In this document: positions 1 through 12,990 of the stretch, piece by piece
How positions within the stretch are numbered: the stretch's first letter is position 1
Layout: every line of letters starts with the position of its first letter
DNA from: Haplodiscus bocki
Taxonomy: Eukaryota
Reading direction: 5' to 3'
Assembly: GCA_965655095.1 (NCBI GenBank)
Contig: OZ296652.1
Coordinates: 14,322,001-14,386,000 of the forward strand
DNA length: 64,000 bases
Notes under the pieces: generated by a model
Told to the model about the DNA's origin: nothing
Seen by the model: the letters and a program-made list of their open reading frames with translations, nothing else
The model's database searches: none
Translations under genes and position numbers: made by a program

Positions 1-2
1 TT

Positions 3-1352
3 TTATTAATAGAAAGTAACATACGTGGTGGCGTTTCGTCGGTTAGGGGTGATAGATATGTTAAATCAGATGAAAATAAAAAGATATTATATATGGATGC
101 TACTAATTTATATGGTCACTCAATGTCTCAAATGTTACCTTATGATGAAATCGAGATGTGGCATGGTCATCCGGATCTTTAGGAATTGGTTAGAAAAAAT
201 ACTAAATACACCAGACGATAATGAAATTGGTTATTTTTTAGAAGTTGATTTGAAACATACTGATAATATAAAAGAAAAAACAAAGAATTTTCCATTCTGT
301 CCTGAGAAAAAAAAATTAATCCTGATAAATATAATGATTATATGAAAAAAATAAAACCTAAGATATATACAAAATCGAAAAAGTTGATATGTGATTGGAC
401 TGATAAAAAAAGTATCTGATTTAATATAGGATGTTAAAATTTTATGTAAGACATGGTATGGTAGTTGAAAAAATTCATGAAATAAAATCATTTAAACAAA
501 GCAGATGGTTGGAAAAATATATTAGTTTTAATACACAAAAACGAAACAGAGCTAAAAATGATTTCGAGAAAGACTTTTTTAAATTACTTGTTAATGCTGC
601 TTTCGGTAAATTTTTGGAAAATGTTCGGAATCGTTTGGAAATAGAATTAATTAAAAAAGATAATGTTAAAAAAATCATTAAGCAACAATCAAAATTAACA
701 TTCACAGGGTATTCATAATTCATATGAAAACTGTGATAGTTATACATTCCAACAAAACCAGGTAGTTATGAATAAAGCTGTATATGTTGGTTTTGCTATA
801 TTAGAATTGAGTAAGTTGCACATGTATGAAACATATTATGATACATTACAACCATATTTTGGACAGGAAAATTTACAATTACATTATATTGATACAGATG
901 GTATGATATTGAGTATGAAAATTAAAGATATTATCAAAGATTTAAAAAATTTAGTAAATATTTTTGATTATAGTAATCTGGATGAAAGTCATGAACTATT
1001 TAGTAATAAGAACAAGAAAAATTTGGGTAAATTCAAAATTGAAACTCCTAAAAATATTTGGATAGATGAATTTGTTTGTTTAAGATCAAAGGCTTATTCG
1101 TTTAAATGTAAAATTAATGATGAAAATAAAAATAAAATAAAAGGAATTTCCAGATCTCAATCAAAACATATTAAATTTGAAGAATATTACAATTGTTTAT
1201 TTGGTGGAGAATATCAAAGAGAATGTAATAACTATATTATAAGATCAATTAATCAAGAAATGGTTCTTCAAGAAGTAAAAAAATCAACATTACCTGTATT
1301 CGATGATAAACGATGTTACATAAATGAAACTGAAAGTAAGCCGTGGAATTGA
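3..1352 (+). pseudogene. Protein-primed family B DNA polymerase (pPolB), C-terminal part, frameshifted
   Basis: Frame from position 3 gives IRGG...YMDATNLYGHSM (motif A). ORF 431-718 has KLLVNAAFGK (motif B). ORF 768-1352 has YIDTDG (motif C), GKFKIE, LRSKAY and DDKR. The gene is split by several frameshifts and stops. Confidence 0.93.
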
Positions 1353-1407
1353 ATATCTTATTTTTATTGAAAAACATTTTTTATTTCAATAAATTCGATA
1401 CCAATAA

Positions 1408-1866
1408 ATGAATGAAAACGAATTATGTGTTGTAAAAGAATATAAATTTAATAACCCAGTCTTTCACAAAATAGATTCTATAATAGATGGTTGTTATAGA
1501 GATTGACACAATAATTTATTTCATACATTTAAATATGTTTGTATATATGATATTGAACTTACAAATATCACAAATAATGAAAAAATTAATATAGCAATTT
1601 GTGATGAAAGCATGAATTTGTTTGAATTAAATAAAAAACTATCACTCGCTCGGCAAAGAGGTTTTAGATTTCTACAAATAAAAAAACTAACAATAAAAAT
1701 TTATTCACATCAACGATATATAAACATATGTTATTATCTAAAACATCGAATTCCAATAATGCATCGGCAATTTTTTAAAATACTTTCTCGAAATCGTGAT
1801 TATCTACCAACACATTGTAATGATAGAAATACTCCTTTTCACTTTGCATGTCAGACATGGATTTAA
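1408..1866 (+). pseudogene. Polinton accessory ORF (~152 codons, one in-frame TGA at 1504-1506), function unknown
   Basis: ATG at 1408 (context AATAAATG) is in frame with track ORF 1612-1866. It reads MNENELCVVKEY...GCYRD*HNNLFHTF...GFRFLQIKKLTIKIY...YYLKHRIP and is as AT-rich as the pPolB. Confidence 0.65.
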
Positions 1867-1966
1867 AATTGTACGTAATTTTAAAATTTAATAACCACCT
1901 GCTCGTTGAAATGGTTTTTCATATGGATAAATTTTTTATTATGTACTACCACTGATAATACCATAC

Positions 1967-2065
1967 AAAATATTTTTTACAAAAATTAAATTTTCATACC
2001 TGCGCACCCCCTTTGATATATAAATGAAAAAATATTTTTACAAAATTAAATTGTCATACCCGCAT
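1967..2065. repeat. Subterminal direct repeats of the Polinton end
   Basis: aaaatattttt(t)acaaaa(a)ttaaatt(t/g)tcatacc occurs at about 1967 and about 2029. Confidence 0.7.
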
Positions 2066-2826
2066 TGATGTAGTATAATTTTTTACTTTTCTGAGAAATC
2101 ACTTTTCTGTGAAATCCAATGTGGACGCTGCGTCCAGGGCTTTTGGCGTCATATTCTAGTTTATACACTACTAACGTTAAGTCAAGGGCTTTGACTAAAA
2201 AACTTGACTTAGGACAAATTTCCAGGCCAGCACATCCTCGACAAATTCAATGACCTAAAGAAACAACCTGCAGTCGGTGGAAAAATTTCCAGTTGCTTCT
2301 ACGTGTTCGAAAAAGTGAAACCAACGTAAAATCTGTCCGATTACGCAGTTTTTGCGATGACTGAACCTATGTTTACGCATCAGTTGTCTATTTATATCAA
2401 AAGTATGGCAACAACACTAGCGCTCAATGTTCTCTGCTTGCCCCAAAAACACGCCTACCTCCAAACAGAACCCTTTCTGTCCTTCAGTTCGAAATTTGCG
2501 ATAATTCAACATTTGAACTTTCCCGAAAAGTGGAGTCTTGTCCGCGTATCATGTGCCTGCTGAAGCACTTCTGCCGAAAAGCAACTAAACCAAAAACCTC
2601 CAAGGTATGCACCTGGATGGCTGTGCCTGCCAGTCTCAACGTAGCCCCACAAACAACCACTTTTCGCTTTTATTACAAATTGCTTCATAAAGAAACGCTG
2701 GATGGTCAAAAAATGGCCTTCATTCAGAGGCAGAGCAAACCCAGCAAATCACCAATTTACTGGAATGTAAATCAAGCACACCAAACCGTGTCCACAACCT
2801 GTTTCAGCCTTTACAGAAAGAAGTCT

Positions 2827-2870
2827 GAAGAAGAAAAAGAAGAAGAAGAGGAAGAAGTTGAAGAGAAGAA
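2827..2870 (+). repeat. Imperfect (GAA)n microsatellite
   Basis: gaagaagaaaaagaagaagaagaggaagaagttgaagagaagaa. Confidence 0.8.
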
Positions 2871-5800
2871 TAAATACAATCTAGAAAGCAGTCTTCGTTG
2901 ATCTGCCGTGAGTTGACACCGTTCGTCATTTTCAAGACAAGTGTATGCCAAGCACTACTCCGTTTCTTTCAGTGTTCATTTTGTCATCAATCGTTTTTAA
3001 TGAACATGTCCGAGGGTTTTTAGGGTAGATTTTATGCCAATGGAATTGATAATCACAACAAGAACAATTTTAAAAATATCTTTTTCTACTGATTCGGCAG
3101 TTAGAAAAAGGAAGAGAAACTCAAGTTTAAACTTTGAAGAATTTTTTGAACTTCAAAATATTTTACAGAAATGATTTCGATGTTTTCTTGTAGCTAAATT
3201 TTTTGGCTTTTTTGCTCCAACTTTTCTTCTGCTTAGTTGAACATATTTCATGAGTTCCAGAGATAGGTACATTCATCGAAATTCGATGTATGGTCTTCCA
3301 TTGATTGATCATTGACGGTTTTTGAAAGCACCTTTGTCGCACACTGTTAAACTCGTCTTCTTGAAAGTCTGTTCATCTAGGACTCTCAAAAAAAGTTTCT
3401 TCGACTAGCAAAAAATTCATATAGCAGCCTCAAGTAAACCCAACACAGAAGAAGTGCGGAAAATCTACAAATTACTTGCAAACTCTGGTCCAACCAACTT
3501 TGATAAGCTTTGGCTACTTTTTTGAATTTCGAGCCATTTGGATTTGAAGGTCAAAAGAATTAAGTTCAGATGCGAAACGGTTTGTTTACTTTCTAGAATA
3601 CTGCGGGAACACAGCCTTACTCTGACTTTGCGGATGATGTCCATTCTTTATTCCGTTGTTGAAGTAACGACAAGTCCGTTCTTGAGAACGAACTTTTTTC
3701 TTCATCAAAATTTCAAAACCAAAATATATTTCCAACAGTTTTAGTTTAAACAAAAGCTCGACTCTTGCAGTTACTTCTCATTTTTTTTCCAGCCCGTTGA
3801 AAAATCCGAGATTCATGGTTCTTTAAGATTCACAGTGCCCAATTTTCGCATTCCCAGTTTTAGAGTTACCGAAATTTATTGATAACATAATCAAATTAGA
3901 ACTTGTAAAAAAGTTGGATGCAAGGTGGTACATTTGTATTTGTCAAATTTCAGCTTTTATCTCATACTTTTACGAATGAAAAAACCGCGAGTCCATGACA
4001 CTGCTACTAGACCGGTGTAAATAAGGGTTCTGCAAATTGGCTCTTGGCATTTTTTAATTTCCTGTCTCGGATGAAAAATTGAGCGATCTGATTCAGGAAT
4101 TGGAAGAATGCACAATAAACACCTTCCCTATATGGTTGTCTTTTTGGATGTTCATGTATCTGAGGCAACCCTTTGCATCTGACAGCAAACCTGTGATCTT
4201 CTCACAATGGATTTTCAAATTCGAGACGCGAATATCACAATGTCGACCACTAGCATCCTAAAACAGGGAGACGGGTTGTCCCTCAATAAAGGGATAGTAA
4301 CCTTCATTGCTGTTTCAGTTTAATTAGGTGTCTATGCAGTTCTCTTTTGTGAGGCATACTTAATGTTCTTCCTAATTCCGTAACATCTCGATATAAAGCA
4401 AGTTTGGAAGTTGGTCTGGCGCCCATACCCAAACCCAACCTGACCTAATCTTTAGTTGATCCAGAGCCAAATAGGCCCAGCTAATTAATCTTTCGTGAAA
4501 ATCCATGTCAATGACTTTGAGAAAAGGGCATAGGGTCTCCTAATAAGACATCATCCTACTGAGATATTGAACTGTCAAAAACGCAATGGGCTACTTTTTG
4601 AAACTCAAGTGCTACGTTTTCGATAAAATAATTTAATTTTCTCGGCAATATTTCAACCCAAATTTCGAAAGGAAGTTCTGTTGAGAAAAACTTCGGACCC
4701 AGACTCAACCTGACCCAAGCAATATAATAGACCCAACTGACCCGGACTCATTCAGACCCTGACGCCCCCCCCCGCCCTCCCTCCAGGCCTGACATGAAGT
4801 GCATCCTCAGCCGGATACTCACCAATGAAGTGCTATTGAAAACTTGTCAGATTGCAAACGGAATCACACCATCGCTTGTCTTCTTCATAGGAGTCATTTT
4901 TCCCAGACTTGTTCGGTCCATATCCAGGGATTGGTAAATTGCTGTATACAGCCAACCTTGCCGTATACATTTTTTACTTCGCCATAGTCTCGCTTTATGC
5001 AGCAGGTTTCAAAAAGATCTTTACGAGCATTTTTCACTTCTGTAAAACGACTCTTAACATTTATTTTGGATGAAAAATAATGCTTTCAACGGCTTTCAGC
5101 AGGTGCAAAACAAAATCTTTTTCCTACAATTTGTTAGTGGTTCAATTGCTCTACCGAAAACTGGGTTTAAGAAAATTTCTTATCAAAATTTTGGTTTTGC
5201 GACTGTTTTAGCCTGTATACGGCACCGTATCCTTCTTTGTCCATACGCAATCACAGTCCTTGAAAAAAATCACGTTTTCAAGAAGAAACAACTGCTTAAA
5301 ACTTCGCACTAGCATATTAGAAACCTAGAACTACTACTTTCAAAATTAAGAATTAGCACAAAATCATCGCATCACTCATATCAAATCATTTTAAATAGGG
5401 TATGCTAATCAGCTGAATTGCTGAAGACGGTCTTTTTGCTTCGAAAGCATCATAAAATTTGTCTTCATACGATTGCGCCGTAAACTCGATCTGAAAGAAA
5501 CAAAACGGATTACTACTTATGGACGCATTTCAATTGGTCTATGCATAGTATATTTCCGTCGAAATGTTTAACACATCACAAACATATGGAGAATCCATTC
5601 TTTTATCGTGATTGAGGTTTTCACCCACGTCGAAATGGTGATCTTCCAGTAACTCTCCGTTCCCAAAACCAAAGAAACTCAATTCACTTTAGCAAAGAGC
5701 CGAATAACCAAGGATTGAAAATAATTGATTTCTTCGACATTAACTAATTTTTAATTAATCTATTGTATTTAATGCTTTTCAAATTTCGCGATTTCTGACC

Positions 5801-6175
5801 GTGAGAGTAACTGCGTAGAATGTGAACACAGATCAGCCATTGGAGACGACTAACAACCCTGCTTTATGTGTCCTTCGGTCAAATGCAAAACTAGACTTTC
5901 TACCGAGGTTTCAATCTCAAGACGACATTAACCAATTTGCCAAGCTTCACACAATGTGGAGCAATTTCATCCTAAAATACGACAACACTCTTTTCGCGTG
6001 GAAACTGTATCGTTCATATTACAATTACTGAAGGACTGATTTTCAAATAGAAATACAATTTTAATATTTTCTGTAGTAATGTATATAAGAAGGGAACATC
6101 TTTCTCCCAATATGTAGACTTCTTTCTCCTAAGATTTGCCAATTTTGGCTGCGTCAACTGCGAAATGTCCAAAAA

Positions 6176-6360
6176 AACTTTTATTCCCTCAAAATATTCC
6201 CTCGGACACGTAAAATGCAGTTTTGACAAAACCAGCTCAAAGTTTATCGGTCAAACACCACAGAAAACAAGAAAAAAACGAAAATTTTTGAAAGAAATTC
6301 TCGCTCTAAATGCTCCTCTGGACAGGCAGAGTGCAGTATTGACAAAACCAGATTTTTCAA
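6176..6360 (+). repeat. Dispersed repeat family with unit aaaat(a/g)ttcc(c)tc(t)ggacacgta...gcagttttgacaaaacc
   Basis: Two units here, about three at 58105-58370, and reverse-complement units at 38170-38400. Confidence 0.7.
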
Positions 6361-8829
6361 AAATGCTGAAAAAAATCTGAATCATTCCTAAGAAAGTTAT
6401 TCAAAAGTATGAATTATCGAACTTTTTTTGGCTTTGGTATTATGTTTGTCACACTTCTGGCTCCTCATGGACCAAAAAAAAACAAATAACTTCGAAAATG
6501 TTTTTGTCGGAACAACTCGTTTTATGATCCCAGCTTGCCAAATACAGCAAAAAGTCATGATTTTGCTGGATGTTGAAAGTCCCTTTTCCAAAACTACTTG
6601 GTTCAAAGCTTTCAACAGGTTCTCAGTCGACAGCCTTTAATTTTGAAATTTTAAGAGGAGCTTTTAACAGAAAAATCATCAATTTTTTTTCTGTCCACCA
6701 GCATCCTCACAGGCGAGAAAATCCAAAAACGTTGCTTAATTTTTACAGATCTCGATTTCTCATACATATGAGTAATTTTTTTTACTCATACTTCACCATA
6801 TGTACCACACTGAATCTGTAGAAGACTGCTCGAAATCAAATCTTGATTTTTGCACGAGCAACATAAATTTCATGGCGAGCCGAAATTTTCGAAGCGTGCA
6901 GTTGGTATTTTGTCAACATTCAAACTTGTCATTTTTAAAGCTCTCGACTTGAATTCTTCCGCCGAGCTCTCAATCTATAACTTTCCATTCAATCAAAAAA
7001 CTCGTGAAACCTATTCGTTTTAAGTTCGATCAATCATATCCGCACACTTTGGACGGAAATTATTGCACTGCGACTGGGCCTCTTGTTGATACTCTCAATA
7101 ACCACAGAGAGGCGAGGAATATGGGCATAGACTGAAGGTTTTAGACTGAAACTACACTCTTGCTTCTTATTAATTTTTTGTTTCAGCGAACTTCACATGA
7201 GCGTTCTCACCGCAAAAAGAAGAAAAATGCAGCTTCTCAATTTTTACTTTGAGCACTGATTGGGTGCAATCGAACCAGTATACTTTGAGAGAAACAACAT
7301 CAAAAATTCAAAAGAATTCAGTTTAGCAAAACAAGTAAACTCATTTTTCCATTATCCGCCAGCATTCTTGCAGCAACATTATTAGCGGAAAACCGAAGGT
7401 ACAGTGACGATAGATTTGCTTCGAGTTCGACTGCGTTATTCTCAACAATTTTGAAAAATCCATGATGGTTTTGAGGGCGGATTTTTGAACGCAGATTCAG
7501 AGTGGTAGATAGTTGACTTACACCCATTGAGTTTCAACTATGATAAACAGACAGATACTGCAGGGAAGCCACCATAGCGAAAGCAAGGATCGCACAAGCA
7601 TAGAAGTTGCACGCAAATTTATGCATTTGTACGAAAATTGTCCATGGTCGGAAAGAAAGTACCAGAGTATCCCTGTTTATGACACTTGTCGTCGCAAGTG
7701 TAACACTTGTTAAAACTGGCAATACGAATTGAGATCCGATTGAATTTTCATCGCAACAGAAAATTTCAAGAAGATCATTTTGGGAGACATCAATTCGTTT
7801 TAAAAATTCCGATTTGCAAAATTTATATTTACATCTTCTAGAACTACGGCTTGAAAATACAGAAATATCTCCATTTGCCTGGAGTTAAGTAAGTTAATTA
7901 GAGTTCAACAATTGGGAGTGCTTGTAATAACAGTTGGAGTTTGCGATCCAATCAATGATGTTCAGCAAAATTTACTTCGAACACATTATTCTGCTAAAAA
8001 CCTATCTATTTCCATAGTTTGAACTTAATTTTTTAAGGATAACGGATGAAAATGATCATCCGCGGCTCTCAACAGATTGTCCAAACTGCTACTGGATATG
8101 TGGAAAATAGATCTTTGCAATGAGGGAAACTTCGTGTTTTTTTGAGGTTACAATTGTGCTAACAGGTAAGTTGAATTTTGAAGTTCAAACTGAAATATCT
8201 TCTGAATAATGTAGTAAAACTGATCTCGTTGTCTTCTAGAAGTCAATGCAAATAGCGAGTACTTGAATTAAGATTGGTGGTCTTCAGTCAGAACAAAATT
8301 TTTGAAGCAAAGAACTTTCAGGAATCAAGAAAAACATCATTGTTATAACAAGTGCCTAATTTTTGAAGTTCAAATGGATCTTTTCCCGTCTAATTGATGA
8401 AAAAGAAGATCCGTGGTTCTCAGCGGAATTTTAGAAACTCTTTAGCTCGATTTAGAAACATTCGATTGCACGTAAGCATACGTGTTCAAGAGAGAATTAC
8501 TTTCGGTAACAAAATTTGCTAAAAATATTTATCTTGAATTAGAAGTTTAAATCGATTTTTTTTTTCGAATAATTTTTGTACGCGAAGATCCATGGATTTT
8601 ATCAGATTTTCCGAACTACAAGTAGCTCATACAGAGGTTGATGATTGGAATCCAATCAACAGCTGAAAAATTCCTGTCTGCAAAAATACTTCGGGTAAAT
8701 TGCTGCTTATCCTCCATTTGAGTTGTCCATTCTTTTGTATCGTCCCCTGCGCTTTCTTTACTGTATGAAAACATCAAAAGGTATTTTATTTGCTTCGAAA
8801 AAATTTGGCTACCGCAGTGCTTGCTTGTA

Positions 8830-9230
8830 GCACTGTAACTGTGAGCGGAGCATAGAAATCATTGAATTAATGCGAGTTGGCAATGTCTACACAAAAAACG
8901 TCGATCGTATTAAATTTGCGCTGCCAGCCAAATTAGCAGAAGTATTCAGTAAACTTTCTGGAGAAATAAGTGTAATTTGATGATCAGTGCAAAAAAGTTG
9001 ATTGAGTAAATGAGTGACAAATGCTGAAACTTTCCTGTTCAAACCTTTCGGTATATCCATTTGTAGAAATTGAAGGAAAACGTGTTTTTGCATCGATATC
9101 AAATGGAATCATACCACTGCAACCAATTAACCAAACACGCTCCAAACAACCACACATTCTCAGATTGTAGTTGACATATTTTACAACATGTAGATGCCTG
9201 GAAAACGCTAAGACATGTACCAATAATATA
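8830..9230 (-). pseudogene. Degenerate hAT-like DDE transposase fragment
   Basis: ORF 8887-9102 contains AFVTHLLNQL (cf. hAT CxxHxLNL). Reading through its stop gives TLPTRINSMISMLRS (cf. TRWNSxxxML). ISTNG lies upstream in an adjacent frame (cf. TTD). Confidence 0.45.
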
Positions 9231-11758
9231 GATTACTTTGATCGTCATTTTAACCGAGGGAAGCGGAGTTTCGCAGCACAATCTGATTTGTCTGTAGATA
9301 TCAAAGATAAACATTTCGCATTAAAGATGCTGCGCCCTTGTGACACCATGATCAGGTACATAATTGACACTTTTCGACACACTGCACCAGTTTTTTTGAA
9401 AAGTTTATTCTGGAACAATGAATTCAGACAAGCACCTGCCGCAGTGTTTCACTCTAACATTAAATTTGTCAATCATGTTTTTTTCAGGTTACGCTATTTT
9501 ACAGCCCAATGTTTAAGAATTTATAACGAATATGTAAAACAAGGCATTTTGAGATGCTGATGTTCATTTTTTCCGACCAATCTTGGAACATTAGTCTTTT
9601 AGAACGCCAAAATGAAAAAGTGCCTCAAAAACGTTTTCGTCAAATTAGCATTGACAATTGTCAAGCCGGCATGATTCAAATATGAACTCAAAGTAAATAT
9701 GGAGATGTCATAAGCCTATCTCAAATAGCATGAGGCTGTACACTACTTTTCACCACTTACTACATAAGCAATTCATGCAGCTTTATATTTGTAAATCGGT
9801 GTGGAAATCATCATGTCGTATTACTTCCTCCTGCCTGTTATAAACGCAGTCTATTTCTTATATAACGAAAACTCTGCTGCTATAACATTTGTGAAGTAGT
9901 GATGGTACGTTTCATCAAAGCTCTCGCATCATGATATATTAACCTCATCAATTGAAACCAAATCAACTTCGAATGATCTAAGTTAAATTCGTTAGAATGA
10001 TTAATTTTATATTACCATGCATTTTCGATGATGCCATATCAATGCAGGTAACAACAACAATAAGCAATCTTCAGGCACGGTATGAAATTCGTGTTTCTTG
10101 ATACTCTGTATACTAGTCCCAAGTGACCGTTAAATGATTGTGCTACAACACAATACACTTTTTGTGATTTCAACTGTTCACTTAAATTGAATTGAAACTA
10201 ATTTGGTTCAGATAAACGCTTTAACAGAAATTTGGCTGTGGTGATTGACACTAGCCTATCAAAGCGCAGTATAATGACATAATTTGATGCTTGAAAATGA
10301 GCCGCAATTATCGTTATATCTGGTGATGTTAGTTCGGTGTGAAGAACTCTAGCCAACCAAAAGTGGTAGACGCGATCACATGATTAACTTGAGTGATCAC
10401 GGGACCAAATATTGCAAGTAGTTTGACACACGCCTGCCAGCAGAATTAGAGCAACCCACACTCAACTTCCGGCAACTTTAGCATTCATTTCAATTACAAA
10501 AAGCATTTCCACTTCATTTTATACTCTGTAGATAGCTTTTTCTTCACTGTTACTGCAAATGACGAATATTCAACTACTTCTTAGAAATTAAATAATGAAT
10601 CCTAACCTTTTCCCCAAGGTTTGAAAATCCACAGAAACTGACGATATAGAAGGCAGTAACAGTTGAAATCATAGTAGTTACACTACCAACAATGTCAGGA
10701 AATCGAAAACTCATGCAGTAATTTTGTCAAGTCTGAAGATTGGTTAAAGAAAAACCGCAGCGGATCCTTTACCACGACAATAAGAACGTCTCTGCGAGTC
10801 AATGCCAGAGTTTAGAGAAGAGCAATCTGGAAGAGGTCACGAAGAGACCACTTCTTTCAGAGCCACTAGTTCATCATCAGGCAGTGGGATCAGGTCTGAC
10901 ATCCGTTGGCACTACATCGCTAGACTCTCTGATAACACCAATAATGATAATCTTGGAGAGGATAACCCAGGCAAAAGTCGGCTTCAAAACACGTTTTTCC
11001 TTTCAGTCACAATGTGTGAAAACGGGAGTTACATTGCTTCAGGTGCCTCGTGCTACAAGCTTATATTCAAAATTTACACGCGCTTGTCTCGGAACAATCG
11101 AAGAATCTGGTTGTTCAACCTAATATATTTCTATTCTGTTCTGTTCACGTTAATTTCCGAAAATTGTCTCATTTTGTGAATCCTATCCAATTGGAGAAAT
11201 AAATTTCTCGCTGTGGCGACAGCACAGCCCGTTGCACTACACAAATTTCATGTAAAAATTCATTCAGGAGCAATCCCGAAGACGATATATAAATTACTCA
11301 CATCAATTTATACCCTCTTATGAAAGCGATTAACATTAATTTTAGCAATAAAATTTCATTAGTATTATTCTTGAATAAAGAAAGTTTAATTTTCGCTTGA
11401 TCCAGATAACAAATTTATTAGACTACAATGAAAACTTCCAGCGGCCAGATGTTTTCATTTGGCATTAATCCGTAAGCTCGGTTGGCTCCAAAATAGTCCC
11501 TTTCATCAAAATGTTCTTTATACCTACCTATTAAAAACGAATAATATACCTACCTTGAATTATATCATAGAAATATCAAAAGATGACACTAACAATCAAT
11601 TTTATAAATAATCTGCTTAATGTAATATTAATTAATGTACCGCTAGTTTTAATCTTTCGGGATCATCAACGTCAAAAGCTCTAAATGCTACTGTTTCATA
11701 ACTAAGCACTGTATTCGCAGGTTGTCCACGTTCTTTGTCTCTGGCTTGGCTATTCTAA

Positions 11759-12109
11759 CTAATTTTTCACAAAACCTTTTTTTCGAGGCGATGTCACAGA
11801 GGGGCTGGGGTGCACCAAAAAATTGGGGAGACAGTCGTTCAGGTAAGTTTTGATGGCATTGGATGACAAGTGATGGACTAGGATGTTGTTCTTTTTCAGT
11901 CTGGGTAACAGAGAAGTTAGGAACCAGTGTAGAGTGTGAAGGTCTTCATTGAAGTCCAATAGAGAAGTGAACCCGAGGAGAAGTTTCCCAATAACTTCCT
12001 TGTCCTGGCTAAGCGAGTTGTTGATGTGGGATCCCGGAGGAATGATAGTGGAGACTATGTCTTTCAGAGTGAGGGGAAATTTGACGTATCTGTGGGCCAG
12101 CTTTAGCAC
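11759..12109 (-). CDS. Probable coding exon of an unidentified gene
   Basis: Open for 116 codons and locally higher in GC. It is preceded by a polypyrimidine acceptor (ttttttctgtattgtag|TGCTAAAG). No family recognised. Confidence 0.4.
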   Translation of the reverse strand: MLKLAHRYVKFPLTLKDIVSTIIPPGSHINNSLSQDKEVIGKLLLGFTSLLDFNEDLHTLHWFLTSLLPRLKKNNILVHHLSSNAIKTYLNDCLPNFLVHPSPSVTSPRKKGFVKN

Positions 12110-12669
12110 TACAATACAGAAAAAATAGTAAACGGTTTAGCAGTTTCTAAGTTATTAGTTGGCGTTTTACTTTAGTAAAGGCCTACTATTACAATGTCTC
12201 GTTTTTTTTTACTGCAAAAAGATCCACAAGTTTTAGTATATCTTTGAGGTTTCAACTTGAAAAGGCATTAGAGGACCCTGGTGTATAGGGGGTAGCACAA
12301 AAAACTTTTAATGATGGTTCGAGACTAGGAATGTCCACTCTTTTTGAAAGAACGTGCCATTTTTAGTAGGCGGTCTATTTTAGTAAAAAGTCGACTATTA
12401 GTGTGTCGTTTTTTTTCACTGTTAAAAAGTCCAAAGTAAATCTTCATGAACAACACAAAATTACCGGTACTATAGAAGGCCCCGGTGCTCCAGAGGGTAT
12501 GACAAAGGTTTTGAAGCCATAGATACGTGTTCGAGACTAGAAAGTCCAAAAGTATTTTCCGGAAAAACGTTTAATTGAGGGTTTCAGAATATTTCTATTT
12601 CTAATACCAATCCATTATAGAAGAAATTACATTGACAATTTGGAAGAAAGCATAGCCGCCCAAGGCTGA

Positions 12670-12990
12670 TAGGAAATTGGAAAATTTTAAGGATAACCAT
12701 ATAGTCCCCCTTAGCCCTTATTGTGTTTTCCCGCCAAGTGGGATAAATGAAATCAGAAGTCCTGGTGTTTACACTTTCATACGTACATTGATTCAGGAAG
12801 AAACTTTCAATTTCTTTTATTTTCGCGTTTTCATCCCATCTATGATGGTCCCTATGGTCCCTCCAGTACTTCCATGCACCTTTACTGTACTTTTGAAAAA
12901 AAAATTAAATATCGCAGAAAAATCATAATTTCGGACGACGTCGCAAAATGTCGTACGGAAAAGCGAAAAAAAAAAACAAAAACCGCGTAA
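12670..12990 (+). repeat. Non-autonomous repeat family with the ta(t)gatggtcc(g/c)tatggtccct...gtact.cca motif
   Basis: Homologous to 15120-15640. The motif recurs at about 12841, 14827, 15283 and 15428. Confidence 0.75.

Larger units (their letters stand above)
1..2172 (+). mobile_element. Right end of a Polinton/Maverick (adintovirus-like) element
   Basis: Very AT-rich block carrying a pPolB and a small ORF. It ends in ...TATACACTACT (ACTACT at 2167-2172, i.e. 5'-AGTAGT on the other strand, the canonical Polinton terminus). Base composition changes after about 2100-2170. The left part lies outside the window. Confidence 0.75.

Noticed and set aside
2357-2901. ORFs with a poly-Glu tail
   Set aside because: The Glu run is a GAA microsatellite; the frames are short and match no known motif.
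7340-7460. FPLSASILAAT... resembling the hAT dimerisation domain
   Set aside because: The key S-x-x-ER-x-FS residues are absent; the match is too weak.
10690-11179. Overlapping 125-127-aa ORFs
   Set aside because: No recognisable domain or consistent exon structure; possibly decayed coding DNA but unsupported.
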